Source of the DNA: Bdellovibrionota bacterium
GTDB lineage: Bacteria > Bdellovibrionota_C > UBA2361 > CALJRW01
NCBI GenBank assembly: GCA_041740355.1
Contig: JBGSMD010000011.1
Location: 32,001 to 96,000 of the forward strand
Direction of reading: 5' to 3'
DNA length: 64,000 nt
The notes under the pieces are model-generated. The model saw only the letters and a list, made by a program, of their open reading frames with translations, was not told the DNA's origin and did no database searches. Below are positions 10,281 to 20,468 of this stretch, piece by piece. Both the position numbers and the translations under genes were made by a program. Position 1 is the first letter of the stretch; each line of letters begins with the position of its first letter.

Positions 10281-11426
10281 TCAAACTGAAATATAAAGAA
10301 AGCTTGCTCCAGTTGTAGTATGAGGCGTAAGTTCCTGGATTATTCTAGTTTGTAGAGCGAGATCTAACATGTAAAATGTTTCATTAGCTCCATCCGTTCC
10401 GACAAATGTTCCATTATTTGTTTTAGAAATTACCATTACAGCACCAGAGGATAGTTTTGCGCTAAAAGCTACGGCATCTAAGCCTAGTCCTCCGCTGCTT
10501 GTAGTAAAGTTATGGAAAATTTTGTTAAGTTCAGTCGATTCTAATGGTTTACCACGTGTTCCCTTTGTGTTTTCTGCACCATCATAAACACCCAGTCCAT
10601 CATCAATAACCGCTAAAACTTTTACATGCGCAATATGGAGAACTTCACAGATCACATTTTCTTTGGCAAATCGTTTAGCGTTACGAAGAAACTGATGCAT
10701 TGCAAAATGCTCAGTTGAAGTCAATTCGGCAATTTCAGGTTTAATTTCAAATGTTAAATTAATTCTTTCAATCTGAGAAGATCCGAGGTCAGTTTTTCGT
10801 CGATAACGACTAGTGTATATATCTTTTTGAGGGGCATATTCCTTTAAATCCTTAATTGGGACAACGCCTTGAAAATTGGACATACCTTCACTTAAGATAA
10901 AACTTATTTGTGTAATAAGGGTTTCATAAAGCGGAAGGTTTTTGATAATTTTGGGTAAGCATAATTCCTTTATTGACCGTAGATTCTGTTCGGAGGTTTT
11001 TTTGATCTTTAATTCCTCAATGAAATTTTCGAAAGCAGCTAAGAAGATAGCTAAATTGGTCCGAATATCATGTCCTGGGATAGCTAATGCAATTCGCAAG
11101 TGATTTGGACATTTAATTTCTTCACTATCAAATTTTTTTGTTTGCTTAATGCTCCAAGAAATAATTTCAGTTGTTACTTCTTTGATTTGATCGTGAAACT
11201 TTTCTAATTTGTGGAGTGATTTTTTCTTCTTACCTGTTAATACTTCTTCAATCGCATTATCAGCTAAAGCAATAAGCTCTTGAACAGTTGGAAATTTTGG
11301 TGCAGCTAATAATATTTTTAAGCCCTTAGTAATCGCAGTTTTAATATCTTGAGAATAAGGAGAGCGGTTTAATCTTAAACTCTTAAGTTCTGTAGATCGG
11401 GAATCCTTTTGAGGGGCAGGTTTCAT
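10281..11426 (-). CDS. Protein with a C-terminal HATPase_c (histidine kinase-like ATPase) domain
   Basis: N box QFLRNAKRF, G1 box DDGLG, F box KIFHNFTT, G2 box GGLGL; no clear H box or TM segment. Confidence 0.7.
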   Translation of the reverse strand: MKPAPQKDSRSTELKSLRLNRSPYSQDIKTAITKGLKILLAAPKFPTVQELIALADNAIEEVLTGKKKKSLHKLEKFHDQIKEVTTEIISWSIKQTKKFDSEEIKCPNHLRIALAIPGHDIRTNLAIFLAAFENFIEELKIKKTSEQNLRSIKELCLPKIIKNLPLYETLITQISFILSEGMSNFQGVVPIKDLKEYAPQKDIYTSRYRRKTDLGSSQIERINLTFEIKPEIAELTSTEHFAMHQFLRNAKRFAKENVICEVLHIAHVKVLAVIDDGLGVYDGAENTKGTRGKPLESTELNKIFHNFTTSSGGLGLDAVAFSAKLSSGAVMVISKTNNGTFVGTDGANETFYMLDLALQTRIIQELTPHTTTGASFLYISV

Positions 11427-12220
11427 GGAAATAACTTTTCAACATTAAAAAATCTTAGCGACTAGATGTTACAAGTATTTTGGTTTTAATCAACACGCCA
11501 GCTAGATATTATCATTCATATAAAGCTCCAGACTGGCATACTTAAAAGAACTGCATAATTCCGAAATTAGCCTTTGATTCATTTAATTTATTTATATAAA
11601 TAAGTTTTTATCTTTAACTTGATTATAGAGAAGCTGATTACTTTGAATTCTATCAATCTTAAATTTTATCATCCAAGGCTGTATGTTGGTAAGTTTATAT
11701 AAGTAGTGTTAAAGTTTGTTTTCAAATAAATGCTATCGATCGGTAATTTTCTTAGTTTTGGTAAAGTCAAGTATTATTGGATATTGCTTTAGTAATTGAT
11801 CAGGCAGATAGGGCAAACGATATGGTAGATAAATACTGCGATTTAAAATTTTATATCATTTTAAAATAATTATCTTGGCGTCAAAATACTTCTAAAATAA
11901 CTTATTTGATTATAAGAAATTAAAACTACTTGTAAAACGTGAGCTACTAATAACTTCAAAATAAGCAATTTCTTGTAACAGGCAACTCGCTCGCAAGAAA
12001 GTTGAGTCTGACTTAATTCAATCATACTGAGACAAGCGGCCATTAGAGGAAGAACTAGAGAATTGTGAACCTTTGTAGTGTTTAAGACATGAGGTAAAAA
12101 TATAATATTATCCGAGTTGTTTATGAGTAGTATTAATTGGAACTGCATTATTTTGGATATCTAGCGCTCACGGCTAGTGTCAGGTAATCTCAAAAGGACA
12201 ATAGTAAGCGTAAATAGAAA

Positions 12221-13489
12221 TTAAAAATTCATTATTTTCAATAGCTTTTTACTACAAATAACAGGTTGTGACTTTGAGATTGACCATAGTTTTGATTCTG
12301 GATTTATTAATAGAGTTTTATTAAAGCCACAGGGATAGATCGAAACTCCCAAAATTTGCATATATAATGAGATAATTAACAAAAGAGTAAATATTAATTT
12401 CTTAAATTTTGTTAACAACATTCCTGATTGAGTGCTTATTGCTAAAGCAATTATTAAACTTGGAATTGCCTCAATCATTAAACGATACCCATAAGTATGA
12501 CCTCCCCACCACACGAACCATTGTGCATTGATACAAAGCAATAATAGAGAGCCAAGTAGAAAAGATTTTATTAGTGTGTAATTGGCCTGTTGAAAGAATT
12601 TCGGTAAGGAAACAATACTGAGAATAAAAATAGGTGTATAAACAAATATTCCTCGGCTAGGACTAACTAGTGTTCCTGCCAATCCATTAATAAAGTTGCC
12701 ATTAAAAGCAGATATGCCGTAGACGCCAGTATTGCGATATTCAAAAAATGAGCCAAGGTATACGTTTGCATACCAGATCATCAATAAAACAGGTAGTGTT
12801 CCGCCAATACAGAAGAAGCTTACACTCTTACGATCTGCCATCATCAAATAGATTATTAGTGTGATTGCAAAACATATATTAGTTGGACGATTCCAAACAG
12901 CAAACCCTATCATGATACCAGCGAGAAGTATTAAGTAATTCTTTTTGGTAAGTAGTAAGAGGATGCCTAGATTTAGAAAACACAAAGAAGGTGCATGTTG
13001 CCATAATGATTGGCTAGCAACACTCCAAATGTTTGTAGTAAAGGCATAAATATAGGCAAAGAAAATTGCAATCCTGAGATTAACAAAATGTACTAGAATT
13101 AAGAATAACAAACTGACTGAGATTGCGGACAGGCCTGTTGCTGTTATGTGCGAAAGATAAAGTTGATTTTTTTTAAGTTTGAGATCTAAGCCAAGTTTAT
13201 GAGCAAATAAATACACAGGTACGTTTAGTATCCCAGGAATAATTGAATAAGAGGAGACTATCCGATTGTTTATACTCTTATATTGATAAGGGAGTGTTTC
13301 TTGTCGTTCAAAAAATTCATCAAAGTCTAAATCCATTTCATTAAGAATACTTACTGGTAGTCTTTCTGCTGGTTCAGTGTCTCCTGATTGTAGATATTCT
13401 CCAAATTGTAAATAAAAAAAGAAAGTAGAAAGAAAAATAACGATCGTTAAAAAACTATTACTAGGAGCATTCATTTTATTATAAAGCAA
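12221..13489 (-). CDS. GT-C fold/ArnT-like integral membrane glycosyltransferase
   Basis: Multi-TM; SGDT early loop, SQSLWQH, RPTN, LVSPSRGIFVYTP, WWGGHTYGYR. Confidence 0.7.
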   Translation of the reverse strand: MLYNKMNAPSNSFLTIVIFLSTFFFYLQFGEYLQSGDTEPAERLPVSILNEMDLDFDEFFERQETLPYQYKSINNRIVSSYSIIPGILNVPVYLFAHKLGLDLKLKKNQLYLSHITATGLSAISVSLLFLILVHFVNLRIAIFFAYIYAFTTNIWSVASQSLWQHAPSLCFLNLGILLLLTKKNYLILLAGIMIGFAVWNRPTNICFAITLIIYLMMADRKSVSFFCIGGTLPVLLMIWYANVYLGSFFEYRNTGVYGISAFNGNFINGLAGTLVSPSRGIFVYTPIFILSIVSLPKFFQQANYTLIKSFLLGSLLLLCINAQWFVWWGGHTYGYRLMIEAIPSLIIALAISTQSGMLLTKFKKLIFTLLLIISLYMQILGVSIYPCGFNKTLLINPESKLWSISKSQPVICSKKLLKIMNF

Positions 13490-13622
13490 CTATAGCTGGA
13501 TGAATGTAAATTTTCATTCAATGAATTTAGGTTAAAATGAAGAACCAGTGAAGCATGAAATTCAAGATGCGCTTGGAACTCTTTTCCGCTTTGTTAAGTA
13601 ATTGGTGTAAAAGGAGAAAAAA

Positions 13623-13696
13623 TGCGCCCGCCGCGATTCGAACACGGGACCCTCTGCTTAGAAGGCAGATGCTCTATCCAACTGAGCTACGAGCGC
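13623..13696 (-). tRNA. tRNA-Arg(TCT), CCA not encoded
   Basis: Reverse complement GCGCTCGTAGCTCAGTTGGATAGAGCATCTGCCTTCTAAGCAGAGGGTCCCGTGTTCGAATCGCGGCGGGCGCA; anticodon loop CTTCTAA. Confidence 0.97.
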
Positions 13697-13895
13697 ATAA
13701 ATATTGGTTTTAATTGAAGTTGAAAATAAAATCTAATAAAATTAGTTACTTATTATTATCACACTTATGTAAAAACTATATATAACAGTTAATTATTAAT
13801 GGATCAATTCAAGGATTAGAATTGATAGGTCGATAGAATTGTATTCATGGATGAATCTGTTGTAATTAACTGTTGTTGTTTAATGCTGTATTTTA

Positions 13896-15623
13896 ATGGC
13901 TGATTCATCTCAAGCTACACCTAAAGGAAAGATTTTTGACTCCCGCTATCAAATTTTTGAGATAGTAGGTCGGGGTGCAAGTAGCGTTGTATATCGTGCT
14001 AAACACGTTCTGAATGACGATAAAGAAATTGCCCTCAAAGTTTTACTTCCCAACAAAGGCAAAGAACACAACTCTGATTTATTACGTCACGAATCATTAG
14101 CCTTAATTACGGCACGTCATAAAAATGTCATTCGCCTAGAAGATTTCCGTTCGGTTGATTCTATTTGTTATTTAGCAATGGAATATGCACCCGAAGCTAA
14201 CTTAAGCGTTTACTGTCAAAAACAAGAGACTAGAATTCCAGTTGCACAAGCGGAAAGATTTTTTATGCAAATTACGGAAGCCTTAGCGTTCTTGCATAAC
14301 ATCGGAATGTTACATCGGGACATTAAGCCTGAAAATATTCTAGTAATTAATAATCGCCAAGTTCGTTTATCAGATTTTGGGGTTGCGACTCTGCCTGGAC
14401 AAACAACAACGTCGGATGAATTACAGAAAGGAGTTGGAACTCTTGATTACATGGCACCAGAAATTTTCAAAGGCGAAGCCTCAGGACCTGGTTCTGATGT
14501 GTATTCATTAGCCTTAACATTCTATGAGATTTTTTCTGGACATCATCCATTTAAGAATTTATCACTGGCACAAGCAATGGATGCGCGTGAACAGATGTCG
14601 ATTGCACCACTTCATGTTATTAACAAGGAAATCCCAGTACATCTTTCTAAAGCGATAAGTATTGCTTTAGAAGGAGATTTAGAGAAACGCTTTTATAATG
14701 CGATTGAGCTTTTAAATTTCTTAAAAAACAAAGATCAGATAATTGCGGAAGAAGCTGCGATTGCTGATCCGCTTGGCGAGTTAGTTCAAGAAGTTCCCGT
14801 TGTTCCTGTAAAGCCAGTTGTTAGCAAAACTCCAACTGAGAAAATTCAAGTTAAGTTGGCCCCAGAGCCCAGATTTGAATTTGGAGCACCAGAAAAGAAT
14901 CAAGTTGAAGTTGAGGAACAAGCCGAAAATTGGGATGACTATGATGAAGAAGAATTCGCTGATTTGGAAGATCTAACAATTGATTCTAGTTCTGAAAATA
15001 ATACAGATTATGTTCATGTTTCTCCTCCCGAAGTTGTAGAAGATTTTTATGACGAACTCGAAACAGCACAAGAAGAAGTTCATGGACATGCCGACCGTGA
15101 TACACCAGCAAACTACAATGATTTTAATTATCAACAACCAGTTTTAAATGATCGCAGGACACCACTTTGGCAGACCTTGCTGTTTTATTTGGTTGCCATT
15201 GGTGTTGGATATTTTGCTTACCAAAGTTTTTTCGCCGGATCTGCTGAGTTAAGTCCAGAGTCGCAAGTAGCAGGTAATGAAACTACTAATGATAGCGAAT
15301 TGAATTTCCCTTTATTGCCAGCAGGGATTTACTCTGGAGCAATCAATGGCTTAACTTCGCAGGGAAGTACGCCTTTAACTTTAATTTCTTTACCAAATAG
15401 TAATCAAATCGCGGTACTAGTCGGTATTCCAGGATGGCAGCCAGTTTTAATTGATGCCGAAACTTTAGAAGCTAAGGGCACAAGTGGCCTGTTAAGTGTA
15501 AAATCAAATGGTATAGTTTTACATTTGCAAGGATCTGTTGTTGATGGAATAATCAGTGGTACCTATAAAAATAATACTAATAATACTGAAGGCACATGGT
15601 CGATCACTCCTGCACAAAGTTAA
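13896..15623 (+). CDS. Membrane-anchored Hanks-type Ser/Thr protein kinase
   Basis: GRGASSVVY, ALK, HRDIKPEN, DFG, GTLDYMAPE; acidic linker, one TM segment, C-terminal extracytoplasmic domain. Confidence 0.93.
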   Translation: MADSSQATPKGKIFDSRYQIFEIVGRGASSVVYRAKHVLNDDKEIALKVLLPNKGKEHNSDLLRHESLALITARHKNVIRLEDFRSVDSICYLAMEYAPEANLSVYCQKQETRIPVAQAERFFMQITEALAFLHNIGMLHRDIKPENILVINNRQVRLSDFGVATLPGQTTTSDELQKGVGTLDYMAPEIFKGEASGPGSDVYSLALTFYEIFSGHHPFKNLSLAQAMDAREQMSIAPLHVINKEIPVHLSKAISIALEGDLEKRFYNAIELLNFLKNKDQIIAEEAAIADPLGELVQEVPVVPVKPVVSKTPTEKIQVKLAPEPRFEFGAPEKNQVEVEEQAENWDDYDEEEFADLEDLTIDSSSENNTDYVHVSPPEVVEDFYDELETAQEEVHGHADRDTPANYNDFNYQQPVLNDRRTPLWQTLLFYLVAIGVGYFAYQSFFAGSAELSPESQVAGNETTNDSELNFPLLPAGIYSGAINGLTSQGSTPLTLISLPNSNQIAVLVGIPGWQPVLIDAETLEAKGTSGLLSVKSNGIVLHLQGSVVDGIISGTYKNNTNNTEGTWSITPAQS

Positions 15624-16126
15624 TTTTAACACTGCTAATATTATTAATTACCAACACTGTTTTGGCAGATGTTCGTATTTTTAATCTTAATTCTTATGAA
15701 GAACTTCCCTCAGCAGGACAAAGTATGGAGTTGTTCTTTGAGGTGGAGAATGCCGAAGCAGGTGAGGAATATTATTTACTCTCAAATTTGGATGACCAAT
15801 CTAGTATGCTTAGTCCAGCGGTTAAGGATCAGACTGATACTGGGGTTAAGTTAAGATTTGATTTGCCAGCTCCGATTCTTAGTCTAAGTTACAGTTTAAT
15901 TGTTAAGAGTGGATTAGAAATAGTGGCTGGAAGTGATACGGTAAAACTAGAACGGGATTGTTTTCCAATCTTAGGAAGTGCAAATTCAAAAGCTGAAAGT
16001 GTTGGTAGTTCAGCTCAGGCTGAAGATCTTTTTCGCCAAGCTAAAAGTTTGGAGAATGATTTTGCAAATTACTCACAGATCTTTTTTCAGTTAGATTATC
16101 TAAAGGATGTTTTAAAAAAAGAATAA
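15596..16126 (+). CDS. Exported hypothetical protein
   Basis: Signal peptide; overlaps the kinase stop (operon). Confidence 0.7.
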   Translation: MVDHSCTKLILTLLILLITNTVLADVRIFNLNSYEELPSAGQSMELFFEVENAEAGEEYYLLSNLDDQSSMLSPAVKDQTDTGVKLRFDLPAPILSLSYSLIVKSGLEIVAGSDTVKLERDCFPILGSANSKAESVGSSAQAEDLFRQAKSLENDFANYSQIFFQLDYLKDVLKKE

Positions 16127-16129
16127 GCC

Positions 16130-16699
16130 ATGATTTTAAGACAATTATTTATCTTATTTGTTTTAGCTAGTGGCTTATCAGCTGAGATGATTGAGCTGAA
16201 AGCTAAAATTAATTTCTTACCCGAAAAATCAATTGGAATTATTTTTAATCAAGCAGGAACTAAGTACTACAACGAAACAAATATTAATGAGATTAAAAGT
16301 GGGGAGACAATCGTTAGCTTTCGTGTGGAAGAGTATCCGGAAGATTCATTTGCAAGTGCTTTGGTTTTAGGCAAGGATGGACAAGTGGCGTTTGCTTCCG
16401 TTCAAAAACTAGCGAACATAAAGGATTCTGCTGTAGTAAATTTACCAGAGTGTAAAGAACCTGTTGATCAAGATTACGCTTCTCAACAGGGCCTACTGGA
16501 TGAATTAGTTAAGTTACGTTTGCAACGCCAAGACTTACAAAAACTTAAATTAAAAGAGTATTTAAAACCTGAATTCGTTAATGAATTAATTGCTTTAGAG
16601 AAGAAATATGGAATTCAAGAAATTGAGCTAATTACTCCCAATACGGCACCAGAAGTGCTGAACCTTCGACTTTTTCGCTTAATTAATGCTATTAAGTAG
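16130..16699 (+). CDS. Exported hypothetical protein
   Basis: Signal peptide; 3 bp after the previous ORF. Confidence 0.7.
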   Translation: MILRQLFILFVLASGLSAEMIELKAKINFLPEKSIGIIFNQAGTKYYNETNINEIKSGETIVSFRVEEYPEDSFASALVLGKDGQVAFASVQKLANIKDSAVVNLPECKEPVDQDYASQQGLLDELVKLRLQRQDLQKLKLKEYLKPEFVNELIALEKKYGIQEIELITPNTAPEVLNLRLFRLINAIK

Positions 16700-16704
16700 T
16701 AATT

Positions 16705-16953
16705 ATGTACTAAGCCCATTAGGTTTTATTTAACGGCATGGAAAAATGCATCCACCTTCGCTAAAGCTCCCGAGGACAAGAAGTGCATTTTCAGATTGTT
16801 GGGCTTGAGTACATTTGTCTTCCCTAACATTTAGCCTTATAAAATAAGACTAAATGCCTAAGCGACCCCCAAGGGTCGCTTCAAGCTCTACGAGCTTGTT
16901 ATACTAGGCGACTAGTAATTTAAAAAATATTAATATCGAATGTCGCCTAGTAT
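16705..16953. repeat. Cluster of nested palindromes containing the 30-bp element (16751-16780) and a REP-like hairpin (16860-16881)
   Basis: ATGTACTAAGCCCA/TGGGCTTGAGTACAT outer IR, GAAAAATGCA/TGCATTTTC inner IR; TCCACCTTCGCTAAAGCTCCCGAGGACAAG in the loop. Confidence 0.75.
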
Positions 16954-17893
16954 ATTCCCCGATTTGCAAAGAATTAAAGATTCTTTAAGTTCCATCTATC
17001 ATTGCTTTGTTTACTATTCGGAAGCACCCAGTACTCTTCTAATAGCTTTAAATAAAGAGTTGCCAGAGATATCCAAAGATAGTTGGGAAGAACGAATGTC
17101 TTGGGGAGGAGTCTACATTAATGGCAAGGTTGCTTATCAGGACGTTCCCTTAAAGACTCCCATGAAATTGGAGTATTACCAACCAAAAGTTCCTGTAGAT
17201 CAACAAGCTAGTTGTTATCCAAAATTTTCTAAGGATTGGATCATCTATGAAGATTCTGATTTATTAGTTTGTTTTAAGCCAGCTGGGCTTTCTTGTCAGA
17301 AAGCCAAAGAACAGCAAAAAATTAGTTTATATCAATATCTAAGCGATCATTATGGAAGGCCAATTCACTTACCCTCCCGCTTAGATTTTTCTACTTCAGG
17401 GTTAATCCTTTGTAGTCGTAATCCTGATACTCATGGGATAGTGCAAGAACTTTTTGTAAGTCGCTCGATCGTTAAAAAGTATTTATTAAAAATTTCTAAA
17501 CCAGTTGATTGGGAAGAGATTACCATCGAGCAAAGAATTGGACGCGATCCTAGGCACCCTGTTTTGCGTAAGGCTGTAGAAGATCGGGGCAAGCCTGCTC
17601 TAAGTCATTTTCAGTTGTTGGATAAAGGCGAAGATTATTCCGCCATTATTGCTAAGCCTTACACAGGGCGTACCCATCAGTTAAGAGTTCATGCCAAGTA
17701 TGGTTTGGGTTGTGCGATTGTAGGGGATAATTTTTACTCCGGTGAGCCTGATGAAGAACTTAATCTTTGTAGTTATTTTTTAGACTGCCAACATCCAATT
17801 TTAAATACACGGTTGGCTCTGATGCTTCCAGAAAATCTTTTTCCAAGTTGGGTAAAGCCAGAATGGGTAGAGAAAATCAGAACGGGGGATTAG
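16940..17893 (+). CDS. RluA-family pseudouridine synthase
   Basis: IIYED, FKPAGL, SRLDFSTSG (catalytic Asp), TGRTHQLRVH, IVGDNFY. Confidence 0.92.
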   Translation: MSPSIFPDLQRIKDSLSSIYHCFVYYSEAPSTLLIALNKELPEISKDSWEERMSWGGVYINGKVAYQDVPLKTPMKLEYYQPKVPVDQQASCYPKFSKDWIIYEDSDLLVCFKPAGLSCQKAKEQQKISLYQYLSDHYGRPIHLPSRLDFSTSGLILCSRNPDTHGIVQELFVSRSIVKKYLLKISKPVDWEEITIEQRIGRDPRHPVLRKAVEDRGKPALSHFQLLDKGEDYSAIIAKPYTGRTHQLRVHAKYGLGCAIVGDNFYSGEPDEELNLCSYFLDCQHPILNTRLALMLPENLFPSWVKPEWVEKIRTGD

Positions 17894-18189
17894 GCAGCTT
17901 TTTTAGATTTTAATTCTTTTAAGTTCTTTTGTATTTGATCTAACTTAGCTTTTAAATCCTTTCGATTGTAACCATTAGGAAATAAAATAAACGCAGGGGA
18001 AACACCTAAAGCAGTCGCTAAGATTATAGCCCGCTCTTCGCCAATATTTGAAATCCCTCGCTCAATATTAGATAAGTTAGGGACTGCCATACTGACTAAG
18101 TTCGCCAGGGTTGATTGACTCCAACCTTTTTTCTCACGTAATTCGCGAACGACTTCTCCTGGGGTTAAAATTATATGTTGAGTATTCAT
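17890..18189 (-). CDS. HigA-like XRE HTH antitoxin
   Basis: TPGEVVRELREKKGWSQSTLA...LSNIERG; lies downstream of a RelE-like toxin gene. Confidence 0.85.
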   Translation of the reverse strand: MNTQHIILTPGEVVRELREKKGWSQSTLANLVSMAVPNLSNIERGISNIGEERAIILATALGVSPAFILFPNGYNRKDLKAKLDQIQKNLKELKSKKAA

Positions 18190-18201
18190 TGTTTATAATA
18201 A

Positions 18202-18488
18202 TTAGTATTTATGTGGCGTAATTTTTAAGATGTTAATCACGGTGAATTTACTATCATGATCAACTGAATAAATTACTCTCCATTGTTTGTTCAGTCTACT
18301 TGAACGATAATCAGCTAATTCTCCTTGCAGTTTTTCGTCGTGGTATCCTGGGAAGTCCAGTAATATTGAGTGACCATGTTCAGCAAGCAAATTGCACCAA
18401 ATCTGATATTTTTTACTAAATAACTTGGCATCCTTTTTAGTTGCTTAAGAGCAGTCTTGGACTCAACTATTACTGTATCTTTAGACAT
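18202..18488 (-). pseudogene. HigB/RelE-family mRNA interferase split by a 1-nt frameshift
   Basis: ATG at 18488 (MSKDTVIVESKTALKQLKRMP...) joins the GYHDEKLQG...RSSRLNKQWRVIY...TPHKY frame only if one A is added in the A6 run at 18409-18414. Confidence 0.8.
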
Positions 18489-18504
18489 CTTAGCAGATTA
18501 ATTA

Positions 18505-18536
18505 TTATATTAAAATATAATTATACCAAAGTATAA
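18505..18536. promoter_or_regulatory. Two tandem 16-bp palindromes, putative antitoxin operators
   Basis: TTATAT-TAAA-ATATAA directly followed by TTATAC-CAAA-GTATAA, 17 bp upstream of the toxin ATG. Confidence 0.6.
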
Positions 18537-18828
18537 CAACTGTTCTACTTTGCTAAACTTTGAAAAATCAATATCGAACAGAAAGTGTAATTATTGTCCC
18601 TTACCTTGATTTTAAAATATACTAGCAATTTATCAGGGGAGCTTAAGTGCGTCGTTAATGCTTTAGCTATTGATAAAAATATAGTAATTCCAGTGTTTTA
18701 TTGGCTTTACGAGGAAAATTAATAGTTAAGATTTACTCATTTAGACTGAGTTCATGATTCTGGTAAAAACTCCTAAAATCGCTTATAAGTTCTTTCTCTA
18801 ATTATTTTGTAATTTACAGTTTGATCTT

Positions 18829-20223
18829 ATGACCATCGAAAATAAAGATTTAATCGTTCTTGGTGCTGGCCCTGGTGGTTACACTGCTGCAATTCGTGCT
18901 TCACAGTTAGGAAGAAAAGTTACCTTAATTGAAAAAGAAGCTCTTGGTGGAGTCTGTCTAAATTGGGGATGTATCCCATCCAAAGCCCTACTTCGCACAG
19001 CACAATTATATACTGATTTTAAACATGCCAAAGATTTTGGAATTAGCGTTGAAAATTTAAAGTTTGATTTCTCAGCAATTATTCAGCGTTCCCGTGAAGT
19101 CGCTGCTAAACTTAACGGTGGTGTTAAGTACTTAATGGGTAAAAATAAAGTTGAAACTATTTTTGGAACTGGAAAAATTTTACCTGGAAAAATTTTAGAA
19201 ATTAAGAATTCCGAAGGAACTAAGCAGTACAGTTTTAAAGATATTATTATTGCAACTGGTGGATCGCCACGAACTATTCCGGGAGTTGAGATCGATGGTG
19301 AAGTTTTTCATACTTCTCGTACAATCTTAGAAAACAAAAGACTCCCACAGAAGATGTTAGTAGTTGGTGCTGGAGCAATTGGAATTGAGTTTGCTTATTT
19401 CTTCAATGCTCTTGGTGTTCAAGTAACTGTTGCGGAAATGCTGGATCAAATTCTTCCTCCAGAGGATACTGAAATTTCTAAAGCCTTAGAAAAAGTTCTT
19501 GTTAAGAACGGGATGATTATTAAGACTGGTGTTAAGATTGAGAATCTAAAGAAAGCTGGGAAAACAGTTACTGCCAGTATTATGAGTAACGGACAGGAAG
19601 AAAAATGGAGTGGAGATTGCTGTTTAATTGCCATCGGTGTTTTAGCTAATACAAATAATATTGGGTTGGAAGAAGTTGGAATTAAAACAGATCGTGGATT
19701 TATTAAAGTCGATGGTTATTTACAAACGAATGTTCCCAATCACTTTGCAATTGGAGATATTATTGGACCTCCACAATTAGCACACAAAGCCAGCCATGAA
19801 GGAATTTTAGCTTCCGAAGTTGCTTGTGGAGTTGCTGAGCATCCGATGGATTATTCAAATATTCCAGGGTGTACTTATTGCCAACCACAGGTTGCTTCTG
19901 TAGGTTTAACTGAACGTGCTGTTAAAGAAAAAGGCATTGAATATAATGTTGGTAAAATGCCATTCTCCGCAGTCGGTAAAGCAATTGCTATTGGTGAAAC
20001 TGATGGGATGGTCAAAGTTATAACTGATAAATCCACTGGTGAAGTTTTAGGAGTTCATATTCTTCATAGCGAAGCAACGGAGATGATTTCAGAAGCAGCC
20101 ATTATTCGTTCGCATGAAGGTATTGCGACCAGTGTTATTGAAACTATCCACCCGCACCCAACATTAGGGGAAGCTTTGATGGAAGCAATGGCAATCGCTG
20201 AGGGAAGACCGATTAATTTCTAG
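18829..20223 (+). CDS. lpdA: Dihydrolipoyl dehydrogenase (E3)
   Basis: GAGPGGY, GGVCLNWGCIPSK, GAGAIGIE, HPHPTLGE. Confidence 0.97.
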   Translation: MTIENKDLIVLGAGPGGYTAAIRASQLGRKVTLIEKEALGGVCLNWGCIPSKALLRTAQLYTDFKHAKDFGISVENLKFDFSAIIQRSREVAAKLNGGVKYLMGKNKVETIFGTGKILPGKILEIKNSEGTKQYSFKDIIIATGGSPRTIPGVEIDGEVFHTSRTILENKRLPQKMLVVGAGAIGIEFAYFFNALGVQVTVAEMLDQILPPEDTEISKALEKVLVKNGMIIKTGVKIENLKKAGKTVTASIMSNGQEEKWSGDCCLIAIGVLANTNNIGLEEVGIKTDRGFIKVDGYLQTNVPNHFAIGDIIGPPQLAHKASHEGILASEVACGVAEHPMDYSNIPGCTYCQPQVASVGLTERAVKEKGIEYNVGKMPFSAVGKAIAIGETDGMVKVITDKSTGEVLGVHILHSEATEMISEAAIIRSHEGIATSVIETIHPHPTLGEALMEAMAIAEGRPINF

Positions 20224-20365
20224 GATTGATTGAAAATCAATCCTAGAAATTATCACGCCAAAGCCATCATCGCTGATAGGAATCCTAAAGGTGATCTGTG
20301 GCGACGGTGGATTGTTGGAAAAAAGAATTTTTTAGTGATTGATTGAAAATCAATCCTAGAAATTA
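20214..20365 (+). repeat. Stop-codon-associated hairpin element at the lpdA 3' end
   Basis: 18-bp perfect IR with GAA loop (20214-20252), TCACGCC...GCGACGGTGGATT core, then an exact 29-bp repeat of the hairpin at 20337-20365. Confidence 0.8.
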
Positions 20366-20468
20366 GCATGTTCCTGCTCTGATAATCATCGTGTTGATAG
20401 TTAACTGTTAAGCAGGGATGGACTGCTTGGAGTCGAACTCTTAAGATTATAATTTAATAGGTAATCCT

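Noticed and set aside
11870-12148. 92-aa ORF
   Set aside because: No motif or RBS; probably spurious or decayed sequence.
11430-13623. Integrative element at tRNA-Arg
   Set aside because: No integrase, and no duplicated tRNA 3' end was seen in the window.
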